A program made the position numbers and the translations under genes. From assembly GCF_001194135.2 (NCBI RefSeq), contig NC_068994.1, positions 39,101,799 through 39,165,798 on the forward strand: a DNA stretch of 64,000 bases, written 5' to 3'. This document shows, piece after piece, positions 39,864 through 50,425 of the stretch; position 1 is the stretch's first letter, and each line of letters starts with the position of its first letter. The notes under the pieces were generated by a model. The model was not told where the DNA came from and searched no databases. It saw nothing but the letters and a program-made list of their open reading frames with translations. The DNA is from Octopus bimaculoides. Its lineage: Eukaryota.

Positions 39864-40254
39864 ATTTATTAATAAGGGTAGAAATTGATATTAATCAATT
39901 AAAACCAGTGGTCTAGCATATAAAAAAAATCCGAAGATTAAAATTATATTACATACAAAAATAAGAGGATTGACCAGCGAAAGTGGATTCCTATATGTTA
40001 GAAATAGATGCCGAATCATCTAACCACGAAAAATATGTTCTCAGTAAAATTTATCGACACAACCGGTAAATTAGCTGCAAAAATTCACCAACGGCAGGTC
40101 TGGAGGTGGCTCTGCAGTTGGTGAATTTTTGCAGCTAATTTACCGGTTGTGTCGATAAATTTTACTGAGAACATATTTTTCGTGGTTAGATGATTCGGCA
40201 TCTATTTCTAGCATATAGGAATCCACTTTTGCTAGTCATTCCTCTTATTTTTGT
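39864..40254. repeat. Fold-back element with 143-bp arms (probable Penelope-like terminus), flanked by (TA)n
   Basis: 39955-40097 vs 40112-40254, 5 mismatches, 14-nt loop gtctggaggtggct. Confidence 0.85.
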
Positions 40255-40275
40255 GTGTGTGTATATATATATATA

Positions 40276-41760
40276 TCAGGGACATGTACTCTCAGGCATG
40301 TAAGGTATGCGCTGCATGTCCATTGATTTTTTATCCATATCATCGGAAAATTAGATAAAATAGTTACTTTTGTTTCAAAGAAAATCCGTTCAGATGTTTT
40401 CGAAATATTCTGACTCTCCTTCCCCTCTCTCAGTGACTCGTACGTCTGCTTTGAGAAGACCACATGACCCCCCCTCTCTCTCTCTTTGTTTATGTAGAAT
40501 TGTTGCTAACCTCGTTCCACTTTCTGACCCGAACAAATGCAATCCCATAATTCCTGAGTTAGCTAGCTGAAATGTCGAAATAACCTGGCGGTAAGTTTGA
40601 ATTTTTTAAAATCCAAAACATCTGTTTGCACTATTATATTTTTGGAGTGTTCTGAAAACAAAAAATATTATCTATATTATATTTCTTATTTCAGAAGTAG
40701 CTAATTAATTTTAAATTAATTTGACTAACGTTATTTTTGCATTTTGTTGAAATTGACTTACAATTTACTCAGACGCTTACACGTGTGTTCTTATATAAAA
40801 GTAGCCTTTTTCGAAATGAGTGTTATAAACGATATTTTGAGAAATAGTTTTTCGAAAAGAGACTTCGATGGAAAACAATTAATTATAAACGGTGGGAGAC
40901 CAACACCGAATTTACTTAATTTGCGAAGCTACAACAAGAAATTCACGAGACAATTTCAGATTAATTTGTATGAAAAGAAAAAATGGTTAACTGGAAGTGC
41001 TACAATTAATAAATAATTCTGTTGGCCTTGTTTACTTTTTTGCTTAGAAAAGAATGTTTAGAATGATAAAGGCTATGATGATTTAAACAATTTACATATG
41101 GCTATGCTAAAGCACGAGCGTTCTCAAAGGCATATAAAATCTTTGATAGATCTTAAAATATTCGGGAATGTTCGCATAGACTTACAATAAGATGCATGTA
41201 AAAATCAAAGTATACAACATCATAATGAGAAAGTTAGACGAAACAGATCCATTCTGCAACGATTGATCGATGTTTTTATAATTCATGAAACTTTGAATTT
41301 CAACAAAGTTGATGAGTATTGCAAACAATTTCCTGTGAACACTTTAGATTCTTTAAAAATGACTTATGGCAGATTTTTTTATGTAATATGATTACAAAGT
41401 GAGCTCAATGTGATGTATTCAATGAAAGATTTTAAAATGATAAGTGTAAGTCATTTAATGAATTACATTTACAGCAGTGACCTTGTTGAAGCTATGCCAG
41501 AACTCTTCAATTTGTGCAAGTTGATTTTGACAATTCCGTCTATCACTGCTTCTGTAGAGCGATCCTTTTCTGCATTAAGTGAATCAAAACATACCAAAGA
41601 AATTCAACAGGAGAAAGAAAACTATCTGGGTTAGCACTAATGTCAATTGAAAAAGATTTATTACAACAATTGATAAAAAGAGATTTCTATGAAAGATATA
41701 TTTGCCCAGAAAGATCGAAGAATTGAATTAATTTAGAAATTAGATAAATAACATTTTAGA
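40276..41760 (+). mobile_element. hAT transposon remnant (TTF-type zinc finger N-terminus + C-terminal dimerisation domain, DDE core missing)
   Basis: MSVINDILRNSFSKRDF…KKWLTGS…FCWPCLLF…LKHERSQRHIKS…HNEKVRRNRSILQRLIDVF joined to MPELFNLCKLILTIPSITASVERSFSALS…LALMSIEK; left end cagggacatgtactctcagg is TIR-like. Confidence 0.82.
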
Positions 41761-42107
41761 ACATTAAAAAGAACTTAATATATTAAAGGGCATATATTGC
41801 AGGTTTTGGTTAGTGTTTGTTATAACGTAAGGTTCGACCTTCTTACATCAGTATTGTTTCGCAGGAGGAATGGTTCGACTTCTTCGTCACACCTAACCTA
41901 AATAGGCTTTCCTTTCTGTGCTGCTGGGTGCAGTCTATTTACGGCCGTAAATGAGTGTCTTGTTTCAATCTCAGCAATGTTGACTTCTGCCACAATACTT
42001 TTTTTTTATGGGGGAAGCTTTTTACAATGTTGAATTTTCACTGTCTTTCATTGTGTGTATATTCACGTATATGCGTGTATTTTCAATGTGTGTGCGTGAA
42101 GCATGTG

Positions 42108-42455
42108 AAGGTGCAATGGCCCAGTGGTTAGGGCAGCGGACTCGCGGTCTTAGGATCACGGTTTCAATTCCCAGACCGGGCATTGTGAGTGTTTATTTAG
42201 CGAAAACACCTAAAAGCTCCACGAGGCTCCGGCAGGGGATGGTAGCGAACCCTGCTGTACTCTTTCACCGCGACTTTCTCTCATTCTTACTTCCTGTTTC
42301 TGTTATGCCTGTAATTCAAAGGGTCAGCCTTGTCACACTGTGTCATGCTGAATATCCCCGAGAACTACGTTAAAGGTACACGTGCCTGTGGAGTGCTCAG
42401 CCACTTGCACGTTAATTTCACGAGCAGGCTGTTCCGTTGATCAGATCAACTGGAA
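42108..42455 (+). mobile_element. tRNA-derived SINE, family D (well preserved, truncated by gap)
   Basis: A-box TGGCCCAGTGG (42117-42127), B-box-like GGTTTCAATTCC (42160-42171), CpG-rich body. Confidence 0.85.
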
Positions 42456-43164
42456 NNNNNNNNNNNNNNNNNNNNNNNNNNNNNNNNNNNNNNNNNNNNN
42501 NNNNNNNNNNNNNNNNNNNNNNNNNNNNNNNNNNNNNNNNNNNNNNNNNNNNNNNNNNNNNNNNNNNNNNNNNNNNNNNNNNNNNNNNNNNNNNNNNNNN
42601 NNNNNNNNNNNNNNNNNNNNNNNNNNNNNNNNNNNNNNNNNNNNNNNNNNNNNNNNNNNNNNNNNNNNNNNNNNNNNNNNNNNNNNNNNNNNNNNNNNNN
42701 NNNNNNNNNNNNNNNNNNNNNNNNNNNNNNNNNNNNNNNNNNNNNNNNNNNNNNNNNNNNNNNNNNNNNNNNNNNNNNNNNNNNNNNNNNNNNNNNNNNN
42801 NNNNNNNNNNNNNNNNNNNNNNNNNNNNNNNNNNNNNNNNNNNNNNNNNNNNNNNNNNNNNNNNNNNNNNNNNNNNNNNNNNNNNNNNNNNNNNNNNNNN
42901 NNNNNNNNNNNNNNNNNNNNNNNNNNNNNNNNNNNNNNNNNNNNNNNNNNNNNNNNNNNNNNNNNNNNNNNNNNNNNNNNNNNNNNNNNNNNNNNNNNNN
43001 NNNNNNNNNNNNNNNNNNNNNNNNNNNNNNNNNNNNNNNNNNNNNNNNNNNNNNNNNNNNNNNNNNNNNNNNNNNNNNNNNNNNNNNNNNNNNNNNNNNN
43101 NNNNNNNNNNNNNNNNNNNNNNNNNNNNNNNNNNNNNNNNNNNNNNNNNNNNNNNNNNNNNNNN
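42456..43164. other. Assembly gap (709 N); other gaps at 16235-16407, 21129-21183, 28256-28336, 30584-30649, 56080-56089
   Basis: Runs of N; five of the six are bordered by microsatellites on both sides. Confidence 1.
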
Positions 43165-43198
<34 letters not shown>

Positions 43199-44060
43199 GT
43201 CTGACGGAAAGGCCCTTTATTACCAACAGAGTAAGAGCTCTCTGAACTTTTCCAAACCTATTCGTATTCTAGCATCCCTGCTACTGACTTGGTCACCTAG
43301 GTAATGTAAGTTATCAACTACTTCAAGTTTTTATCCTCTGGCATTTGATGGATCCTGTTTTCTGCACATTTTTAGTGTTAATTGTAGCTGTGCACCTTCC
43401 ACACACAAAAACTAGTTATCTTGTTAACCTTCTTCTAATATTGCTGCACCTCTTATGTACCCATTTCTTGCACTGGGTACATCTTATGGAATTTCTACCT
43501 ACACCTTTCTTACAAATCAAGCAGGGCCATTTACCTGAGGGTATTTGTGATTTGTCTGCTTTCCTACTTGCTAAGACTTTGGTTTTCGCTTGGTTAACTC
43601 TAAGGCCCTTCAATTCTAGACCTTGCTTCTACACCTGAAACTTCTTCTCTAGTTCTGGTAGTGATTCAGTTATAAGAACAAGGTCATCAGCATAGAGGAG
43701 CTCCCAAGGGTAGCTTGTCTTAAATTCCTCCTTTATTGTCCAGAGGACGATGATAAACAAGAAGGGGCTGGGGACTGATCCTTGGTGAACCCCTACTTCT
43801 ACCCACAAATCTTTGCTATACTCGTTGCCAACCCTCATCTTACTGACAACATCCCTGTACATAGCTTGTACAGCTCTCACCAACCACTTGTCTATCTCTC
43901 GTTACCACTTTATAGTTTCCACCTGATAAGGGATAAGGGGATCCTATTAAAGGCTTTCTCCGTGTCAACAAAAGCCAAGTACAGAGGTCTATCTTTGGCT
44001 AGGTGTTTCTCCTGCATCTGCCTTACCAGAAATAAATCATCAGTGACACAAAACTAAACT
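43199..44060 (-). mobile_element. RTE-clade LINE reverse transcriptase remnant
   Basis: LAFVDTEKAFNRIP; VGVHQGSVPSPFLFIIV; ELLYADDLVLI; GLRVNQAKTKV; CLICKKGVGRNSIRCTQCKKWVHKRC; LEVVDNLHYLGDQ; frameshifts present. Confidence 0.92.
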
Positions 44061-44224
44061 GCATCTCGTCTAGATTAACTCTCTCCCTAATTAGTTGGGA
44101 TATGACCCTCTCTGTGACTTTCATCACCTGATTCAAAAATTTGATACCTCTGTAATTATTTCTGTCTAAGTCATCACCTTTACCTTTGTAGCAGTTGACT
44201 ATGGTGTGGCATACATACGTGAGA

Positions 44225-44480
44225 GTGAGTATGTGTGTCTCCTCGTCTTGACACCACTTGATAGTAGTAAATAAGTGTTATTGTCATACAAGCAATGTCA
44301 TTCATTTCCAGTCTTAAGGGGAAACACGTCCCACTATGGGTAAAATAATAGCTCACTTTGAAACGTGAGAATTTGTGACAGGAAATTTGCCTACATAAAA
44401 TTAATTCTCTCTGACCCATTCAAGCATGGAAAAGTGTATGGTACAGCTTTGATGACAACGACAATGATACTGATGATGAC
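44225..44480 (+). mobile_element. Family C repeat
   Basis: gtgtgtctcctcgtcttgacac…ctgacccattcaagcatggaaaagtg…gatgacaacgac. Confidence 0.7.
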
Positions 44481-46011
44481 ATTTATAAATGTATGCTTGA
44501 CTGATGAAGGAAGGCAAAGCAACGGAAGAAGAAAATTATAAGTGAAAGAGAAATATATATACTGTGAGTACAGTGAAAAGAAATTGATCATTGCTTAAAA
44601 ACTATAAAATACCATTAAAAGAATACAAATTCTATGTCATTTTCTAGTTATGAGGAAAACAAGGGTGCTCAGACTTTTGATGGTCATCGTTCTCCTGTAG
44701 AATACATTTGTGCAACACCTCAAAGAGAAGGTTGGTTTAAAGAATGTAGAAATAGCAAGAAATATAGAGAAGAAAAGAGAGAAGTACAAAATAAAAGAAA
44801 GGAAAAAAGAAAAGATAAAGGAATGGTAAAAAATAAGAATAATATTTGTATTTACAGTACAGAGAAGACAGATGATTAGGTGTTTAAATAAATAAATAAA
44901 ATGTAGTAAAGTAGAGTAGAGTAGAAATTTTCAAAAGATTCATTTCTCAGATGCATGTACTTTCATCAGTGTTGAGGAAAAAACATTGAGAAGCAAGGAG
45001 TTTTAGTAATAATTTTCAGTCTTCTGTGAACTATCTTTGAACAACATTTAGCTCTGGGGTGTCTTTCACACACAATTCAGGTTTGAAAAGAGAAATTTAA
45101 AAAATTTGTATAATTTGTGTAATTAGACTCTAGGTAGAATAAAGTTTCATGGGGTAAAGTTGTGTTGGTGATAACATTTCAAAATTAGCTCATTTTATGA
45201 ATTTAAACAGGTTTGCAGGCAACATAAAAATTATTTTTTTCTCTGATACATTGATAACATGAGTCAGAAGCTTCAAAATATGGTTAGGGAAATTTTTTCA
45301 CTCACTCTTGTATACTACGTATGTTGTACCTTCATCTTTTAGCCACCATACATTTTGTGAAAGATATTTGGTTGTTTTAATCGTAGAGATATCTAAAAAA
45401 TATATGTATTGTGTAAAACTGCTATTAACAATGTTTCAATAAGGTTAAATAGGTGTATTCAATTTCGTCTACTAAGTTCATTTTCATATGACATTAATTG
45501 CTTCTTGAAATAGTTGCCATGCAGTTTACAAAAATTAATTTACAAATGTAGAGAAAACTTACAAATAATTTCTTCTATTTATCCCAGAAATCAGGCTTTT
45601 AATGTTACAAGGACAATTGTACACAGCTGTGGATAACTTTTAAGAGTTTCCTGTTAAATATTTTGTAAGTGGAGAGTAAATTTAGACTAGTCTTAAAAAG
45701 GTTTTGGTGCCAATGCAAATTCTATGGAGGATTAAACCAGCTGATGTTACTCTGTTATATGGTTATGTGAGGTATTACTTATAAAATTCTTAATTTATTA
45801 AAATTCCCTTTACAAAGACAGATGTGGAAAGCAAAAACTTAGTGGTGATTGTAAACAGAATTGAATTGGAAAAGACTATTTTATGTAAAAAGAACCTAAT
45901 CTTTGTTTTGGAAATGAAAGCAATGGATGAATTTTGGCCTTAGTTTGGCTTCTCTATAATGAAGCAAATATATATATATATATAAATATATACATATATA
46001 TATATATATAT

Positions 46012-47258
46012 AAGGGTGTTCATAATGTAATTGCATTTGATCAGAAAAAATATAAATAGAAATCTAAACTACATTTATCAAGAATGTAATTACCATCATT
46101 TTCAATGAATGTAGCCAAATGGGAAAGTAACATTTTTATGCTACATTCAAAGAAACATATTTCTTTTCTTGAAAAATATCTGAAAAACTCTTCTTAAATT
46201 CCTCTCTGTTTCTCAATCTTTAGTCTCTTATAAAATGTTCTAGTGATCGGGACAAATGGAAATCTGTTAGTGTTAAATCAGGTGAGTATGGAGGATGTGG
46301 AAGAACTTCCCATCCTAATGATCTTATTTTTTCTTGGGCTTGTTTTGAAGAGTGTGGCTGTGCATTGTCATGCTGAAGAGTAACACCATTTCTGTTTACC
46401 AAGCTGGCCACTTTCAATGTCAGTTCTCATCTATACGATCAAATTGTTAGCAATAGACATCTGCATTGATGGTCCTTCCATGTTTCAATAGCTTGTAATG
46501 GATGTTACCTTTCATGTTCTACCAAACGCAAAGCAAGAATTTTTGTGGCTGGAGTTCTGGTTTTGGTGTTGGCACTGGCCTCTCATTATGTGATAACCAT
46601 TGTCTTTTCCATTTATGTTGTAATACAAAACCCATTTTTCATCACCTGTAACAATGCATTGCAGGAATGACAGGTTGTTATTCCTGGTTAGAAGACTGCT
46701 GCAGATGGTGGAACATTATGTTTGGCTCTCAAGCATAAGCTCATGTGGAACCCAAATTCCCTCTTTGCATGTTTTCCCAATATACTTATACTTGAGATGT
46801 TTGGGGCTTGTTGAACATGACATTACATTTTTGTGCTTTGATGTGGATCATACACATTAGTTTCATTCAAAAGGTTGTCATTCAGAGTGAGTAATTTTCC
46901 AGAGTAAGGTTTGTCAGATATGTTACAATTACTATCTTTAAACTTTTAAAACTACAACTGACATGTATAAGCTTTCCCTGCATCCAGATACACTTCACAA
47001 ATGTTTTTTCATTGCTTCTGTAGTGGTACTTTTCTTTAGAAACTCATACAGCAAGCAATGGTGAATATGTTGTTTCATAAAGTTCTTATCCTCCATGGGG
47101 TTAATTACTGAAATAACTATGAATGACACAGTACCAAGTAGAATAGATGATATACTATTTCTATGTAGTTCTCACCCATTCAATCTTGGCTCTGATATCA
47201 TTGGTTGACTTACATTTCACAGTGGTGAAAAAATGCAACTACTTTCTGAACACCCTAA
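46012..47258 (-). mobile_element. Mariner (DD34D-type) transposon, about 1.25 kb, decayed
   Basis: TIRs agggtgttcataatgtaattgcattt / aaatgcaactactttctgaacaccct inside TA runs; TLQHDNAQPHS and HPPYSPDLTLTDFHL motifs (ORF 46220..46417). Confidence 0.92.
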
Positions 47259-47270
47259 TATATATATATA

Positions 47271-47470
47271 CCAGTGATATCTTCGAAACGCATCAGAAGT
47301 AAAAGAATTTGAATACCACCTGCATTTAACTCCATTTATTTATTTATATATATTATACAAAATATTTCACGCAAACCCAGAGTTTCTACCTTTAAAAACA
47401 AGGAGTTACTACTTTTTACTTGTGTGATTTTTGCTACTCTGGTAACTATTAATCTATTATTTCTATGTTA
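47271..47470 (+). mobile_element. Possible Penelope-like terminal fragment with the 3' half of a hammerhead
   Basis: gatatcttc-GAAA-CGCA-TC-agaag at 47276-47299; the 5' half (CTGANGA) is absent. Confidence 0.3.
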
Positions 47471-48109
47471 ATTGTTAACAAGGGAAAAATACACACATCT
47501 ATATATAACCTGATGTATTTCTTCTATTCAGTTTCATTATCTTGAAGTGTTGTTATTTCTACCACATATACGACACAGTTTCTTATACATACCTAGTCAA
47601 GTGGGCAAGCTTTGGGGTTTCGACAGTTGCAACTGAGAGTGGGCTTTTGGTGTTCTTTATGAGTGATAATGTTCTTCATATTAGTGCAGCAGCTGTATGA
47701 TATTTTAAGTGAGTGCTTTAAAAATCTTCCTGTATTTGTGGTTTATTGGAAAATGCTTATCTAAAAGAGACAGGAATTCCTTGCCTACATTTGTTTTAAT
47801 ATTATTTTCCTAGATCTGTTATTATGATTCATATTTTTACTTGAAGGGTTGTAATATATTTTATCTTTGAAAAAGGGGTATCAGTGATGATTATAATGAT
47901 GATGATTATGATATATATGATGGGCTTCCTCACAATGATTTATAAATTGTTATTAACTTCAGTCAGGTTATTTGTATTATCAGAAAATACAAACTTTATT
48001 TTAGAACCTTTAAAATATATATATATATATTATCAGCTGTTTATCTCATTAGATTTTGATTCTGCAGTAGTCTTCTAACCTGCAATGCTACATCTCCCTC
48101 ATTTGAGAG

Positions 48110-48330
48110 GAGTCTTGTCTTGCAGCTGTCTTCTAACCAGGAATAACAACCTGTCATTTCTGCAGGACATTGTTAAAGGTGGTGAAAAATGGGTTTGCAT
48201 CCCAACAGAAAATGAAAAAGACAATGGTTATCACATAATGTGATGCCAGTGCCCACACCAAAACCAGAACTCCATCCACAAAAAACCTTTGATGGAACAT
48301 GAAAGGTATTATCCATTAAAACACTTATTT
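48110..48330 (+). mobile_element. Second fragment of the same mariner family, opposite orientation
   Basis: gcagctgtcttctaaccaggaataacaacctgtcatt…aagacaatggttatcacataatg…caccaaaaccagaactcca matches the reverse complement of about 46500-46710. Confidence 0.8.
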
Positions 48331-48542
48331 AATCTGAATCAGTAATCAGGTTGAGATATAACTCAGTGAATTTTCTTCTCCAAGGTACAGATCTGAACAA
48401 GGTTGAAAGCATGGAAGAATTGCATTTGTTCACACAACAAGTAGTTTAGGTTCTGAAACACCAACTTCTGTTATTCTTCAAATTATTCTTAGAATAATTT
48501 CTGTTATTCTTCAAATTATTCAAGAATAAAAAAAATTTATTA

Positions 48543-48712
48543 TGCTGGTTGTATGGTTAAAAAGTTTGCTTTGCAACCATATAGTTTTGGGTTCAGTTTC
48601 ACTACATGGTACCTTAAATAAGTACCACTGTGCAGCACTTAGGGCAAGTGTCTTCTACTACAACCCCTGGCCAACTAATACCTTGTGAGTGAATTTGGTT
48701 GACAGAAACAGC
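48543..48712 (+). mobile_element. SINE family A head/core
   Basis: gtatggttaaaaagtttgctttgcaacc…gggcaagtgtcttctactac…ccttgtgagtgaatttgg. Confidence 0.75.
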
Positions 48713-49227
48713 ACATTCCCCACCTCAACTGTTAATTAGATCTTCTAGAAACTACCTAATACCTCTATGGATCCTCCTGGGCATTCCAGAAAATCTATTT
48801 CCCATAAACTCTTAGTAATTATTGCACTTATTACATCTACCACAAACAACACCTACTGTCTCTGTTAACCACCTTGTAATTCCACTGTACTTCATATTTG
48901 TTCATAGTTTGTACTGCATGCACCAAATAGAATTTCTACCCACACAAACAGTACCGTTTATCTGAAGATATTAGTGTCATATTTTTTTTATCAGAAGCAT
49001 AAGTATAATTATCTGATTCTTGTGTAACCACCCAGAAATTTTCTATATTTAATTAGATGTCAACTATGCGAGAAAAACCAATTTTTTAAAACAAATTATG
49101 GAGAATTTATCAGAAGTGATTAGTAGTTTGTAAGTTGATAATTCTAAACAGGAGCAATTTGTTGTTTTTATATTAACCACCAACTTCAAAGAGAGACTTC
49201 TGTAAAGAGATCGAGAAAAAAAGAAAG

Positions 49228-49269
<42 letters not shown>

Positions 49270-50281
49270 ATAAGGTTGCTAACTTTGGTAGAATCCGTTA
49301 CTCCCATGCTCATGATGGATGGCACTACATTGTATATTTTCTGTCCAGATGGTATTGTTGCAAATAAATTTTCTAGTATGCATGATATCCAATTTAATTC
49401 ATTTGGTACTTGTAGTGGTTTTAATTAACTGAAGGGCAGCTATAAGAAGGGATTTGATGATGAACAGGTAGTAGTCTTAAATACTAAATTATAAGAAATT
49501 GAATTTATTTTTAATCCTGAAGAGAGTTCAACCAATTCATGAAACTATTACTTTTCTGAGAATGCCATGTCTAGATTTTAAGGAGTTGATAAGCCTAGTT
49601 GGTAAAGTTGGATTGACATCATTATAAGACAATTGAAACCAAGCCTGTAGGTCAGTAGAAAGATTTTTACTTATGATGTAAAAAGAATTCATGCATAATC
49701 TTGACCAAAATAATTTGCATAATAAATAGTAAAACAATAATAAAAATAACCTATATGTGTCAATAGCTTGAGTTTAGATAATTTAGATGATGTTTCTATC
49801 AAGAAATTAAGAATTAATTTCTTGAGTTAATTTACATGTGAAAAGGTAGTCTGATCTATAAATGAAGGTGAGGGACAATTATGGACATAAATTTTGGATC
49901 ATTAGAGTTCTTTAGTATAATACAATCTAAATGAGCTTGCAGAACTTTGAGTAAATTAGATGTGTAGAAACAGAGTTTTGACCAGAATATTATGCATTAT
50001 TTGATTTAAGAAATTATTGATCTTTTGAAGTTATCTCCTCTTCCACTGTCACTAACAATTTCCACTGGGCTTTTACAGAACACGGATTTGTATTATGGTA
50101 ATACACACACACACACGCACACATACACATACATACACACATGAATTGAAATGGTCTTTTGTGTATTGTTGTCAATTGGGTTAAATCTATTAAATTTTAA
50201 ATTTTATATAGTGCTCATGTATATAAAGCATCCATTATTTAAGTGCACATACATTATTTACAGCAAAAATATCAAAGACAG

Positions 50282-50425
50282 TAGGCATGGCTATGTGGTT
50301 AAGAAGCCTGCTTTGCAAACACTTAGTTACAGGTTCAGTCTTTCTGCATGCCACCTTGGGCAAGTGTTTTCTACTATGGCCTCAATTGACCAATACCTTG
50401 CAAGCGAATTTGGTAGACAGAGTCT
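50282..50425 (+). mobile_element. SINE family A head/core
   Basis: ggcatggctatgtggttaagaagcc…gccaccttgggcaagtgttttctactatggcctc. Confidence 0.8.

Noticed and set aside
42108-42180. tRNA gene
   Set aside because: A and B boxes are present but the acceptor stem does not close, and it continues into a SINE body.
42382-43245. Long ORFs of 255-287 aa
   Set aside because: Made almost entirely of X from the 709-N gap.
45563-45650. 88-nt (3n+1) segment with acceptor tttaacAG and donor GTAAGT, a candidate protocadherin exon 2
   Set aside because: In-frame TGA at codon 20 in phase 0; the exon at 38221-38068 is fully open and better supported.
48465-48532. Two tandem copies of an about 33-bp unit containing attattcttagaataat
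   Set aside because: Simple local slippage duplication; no sign of function.
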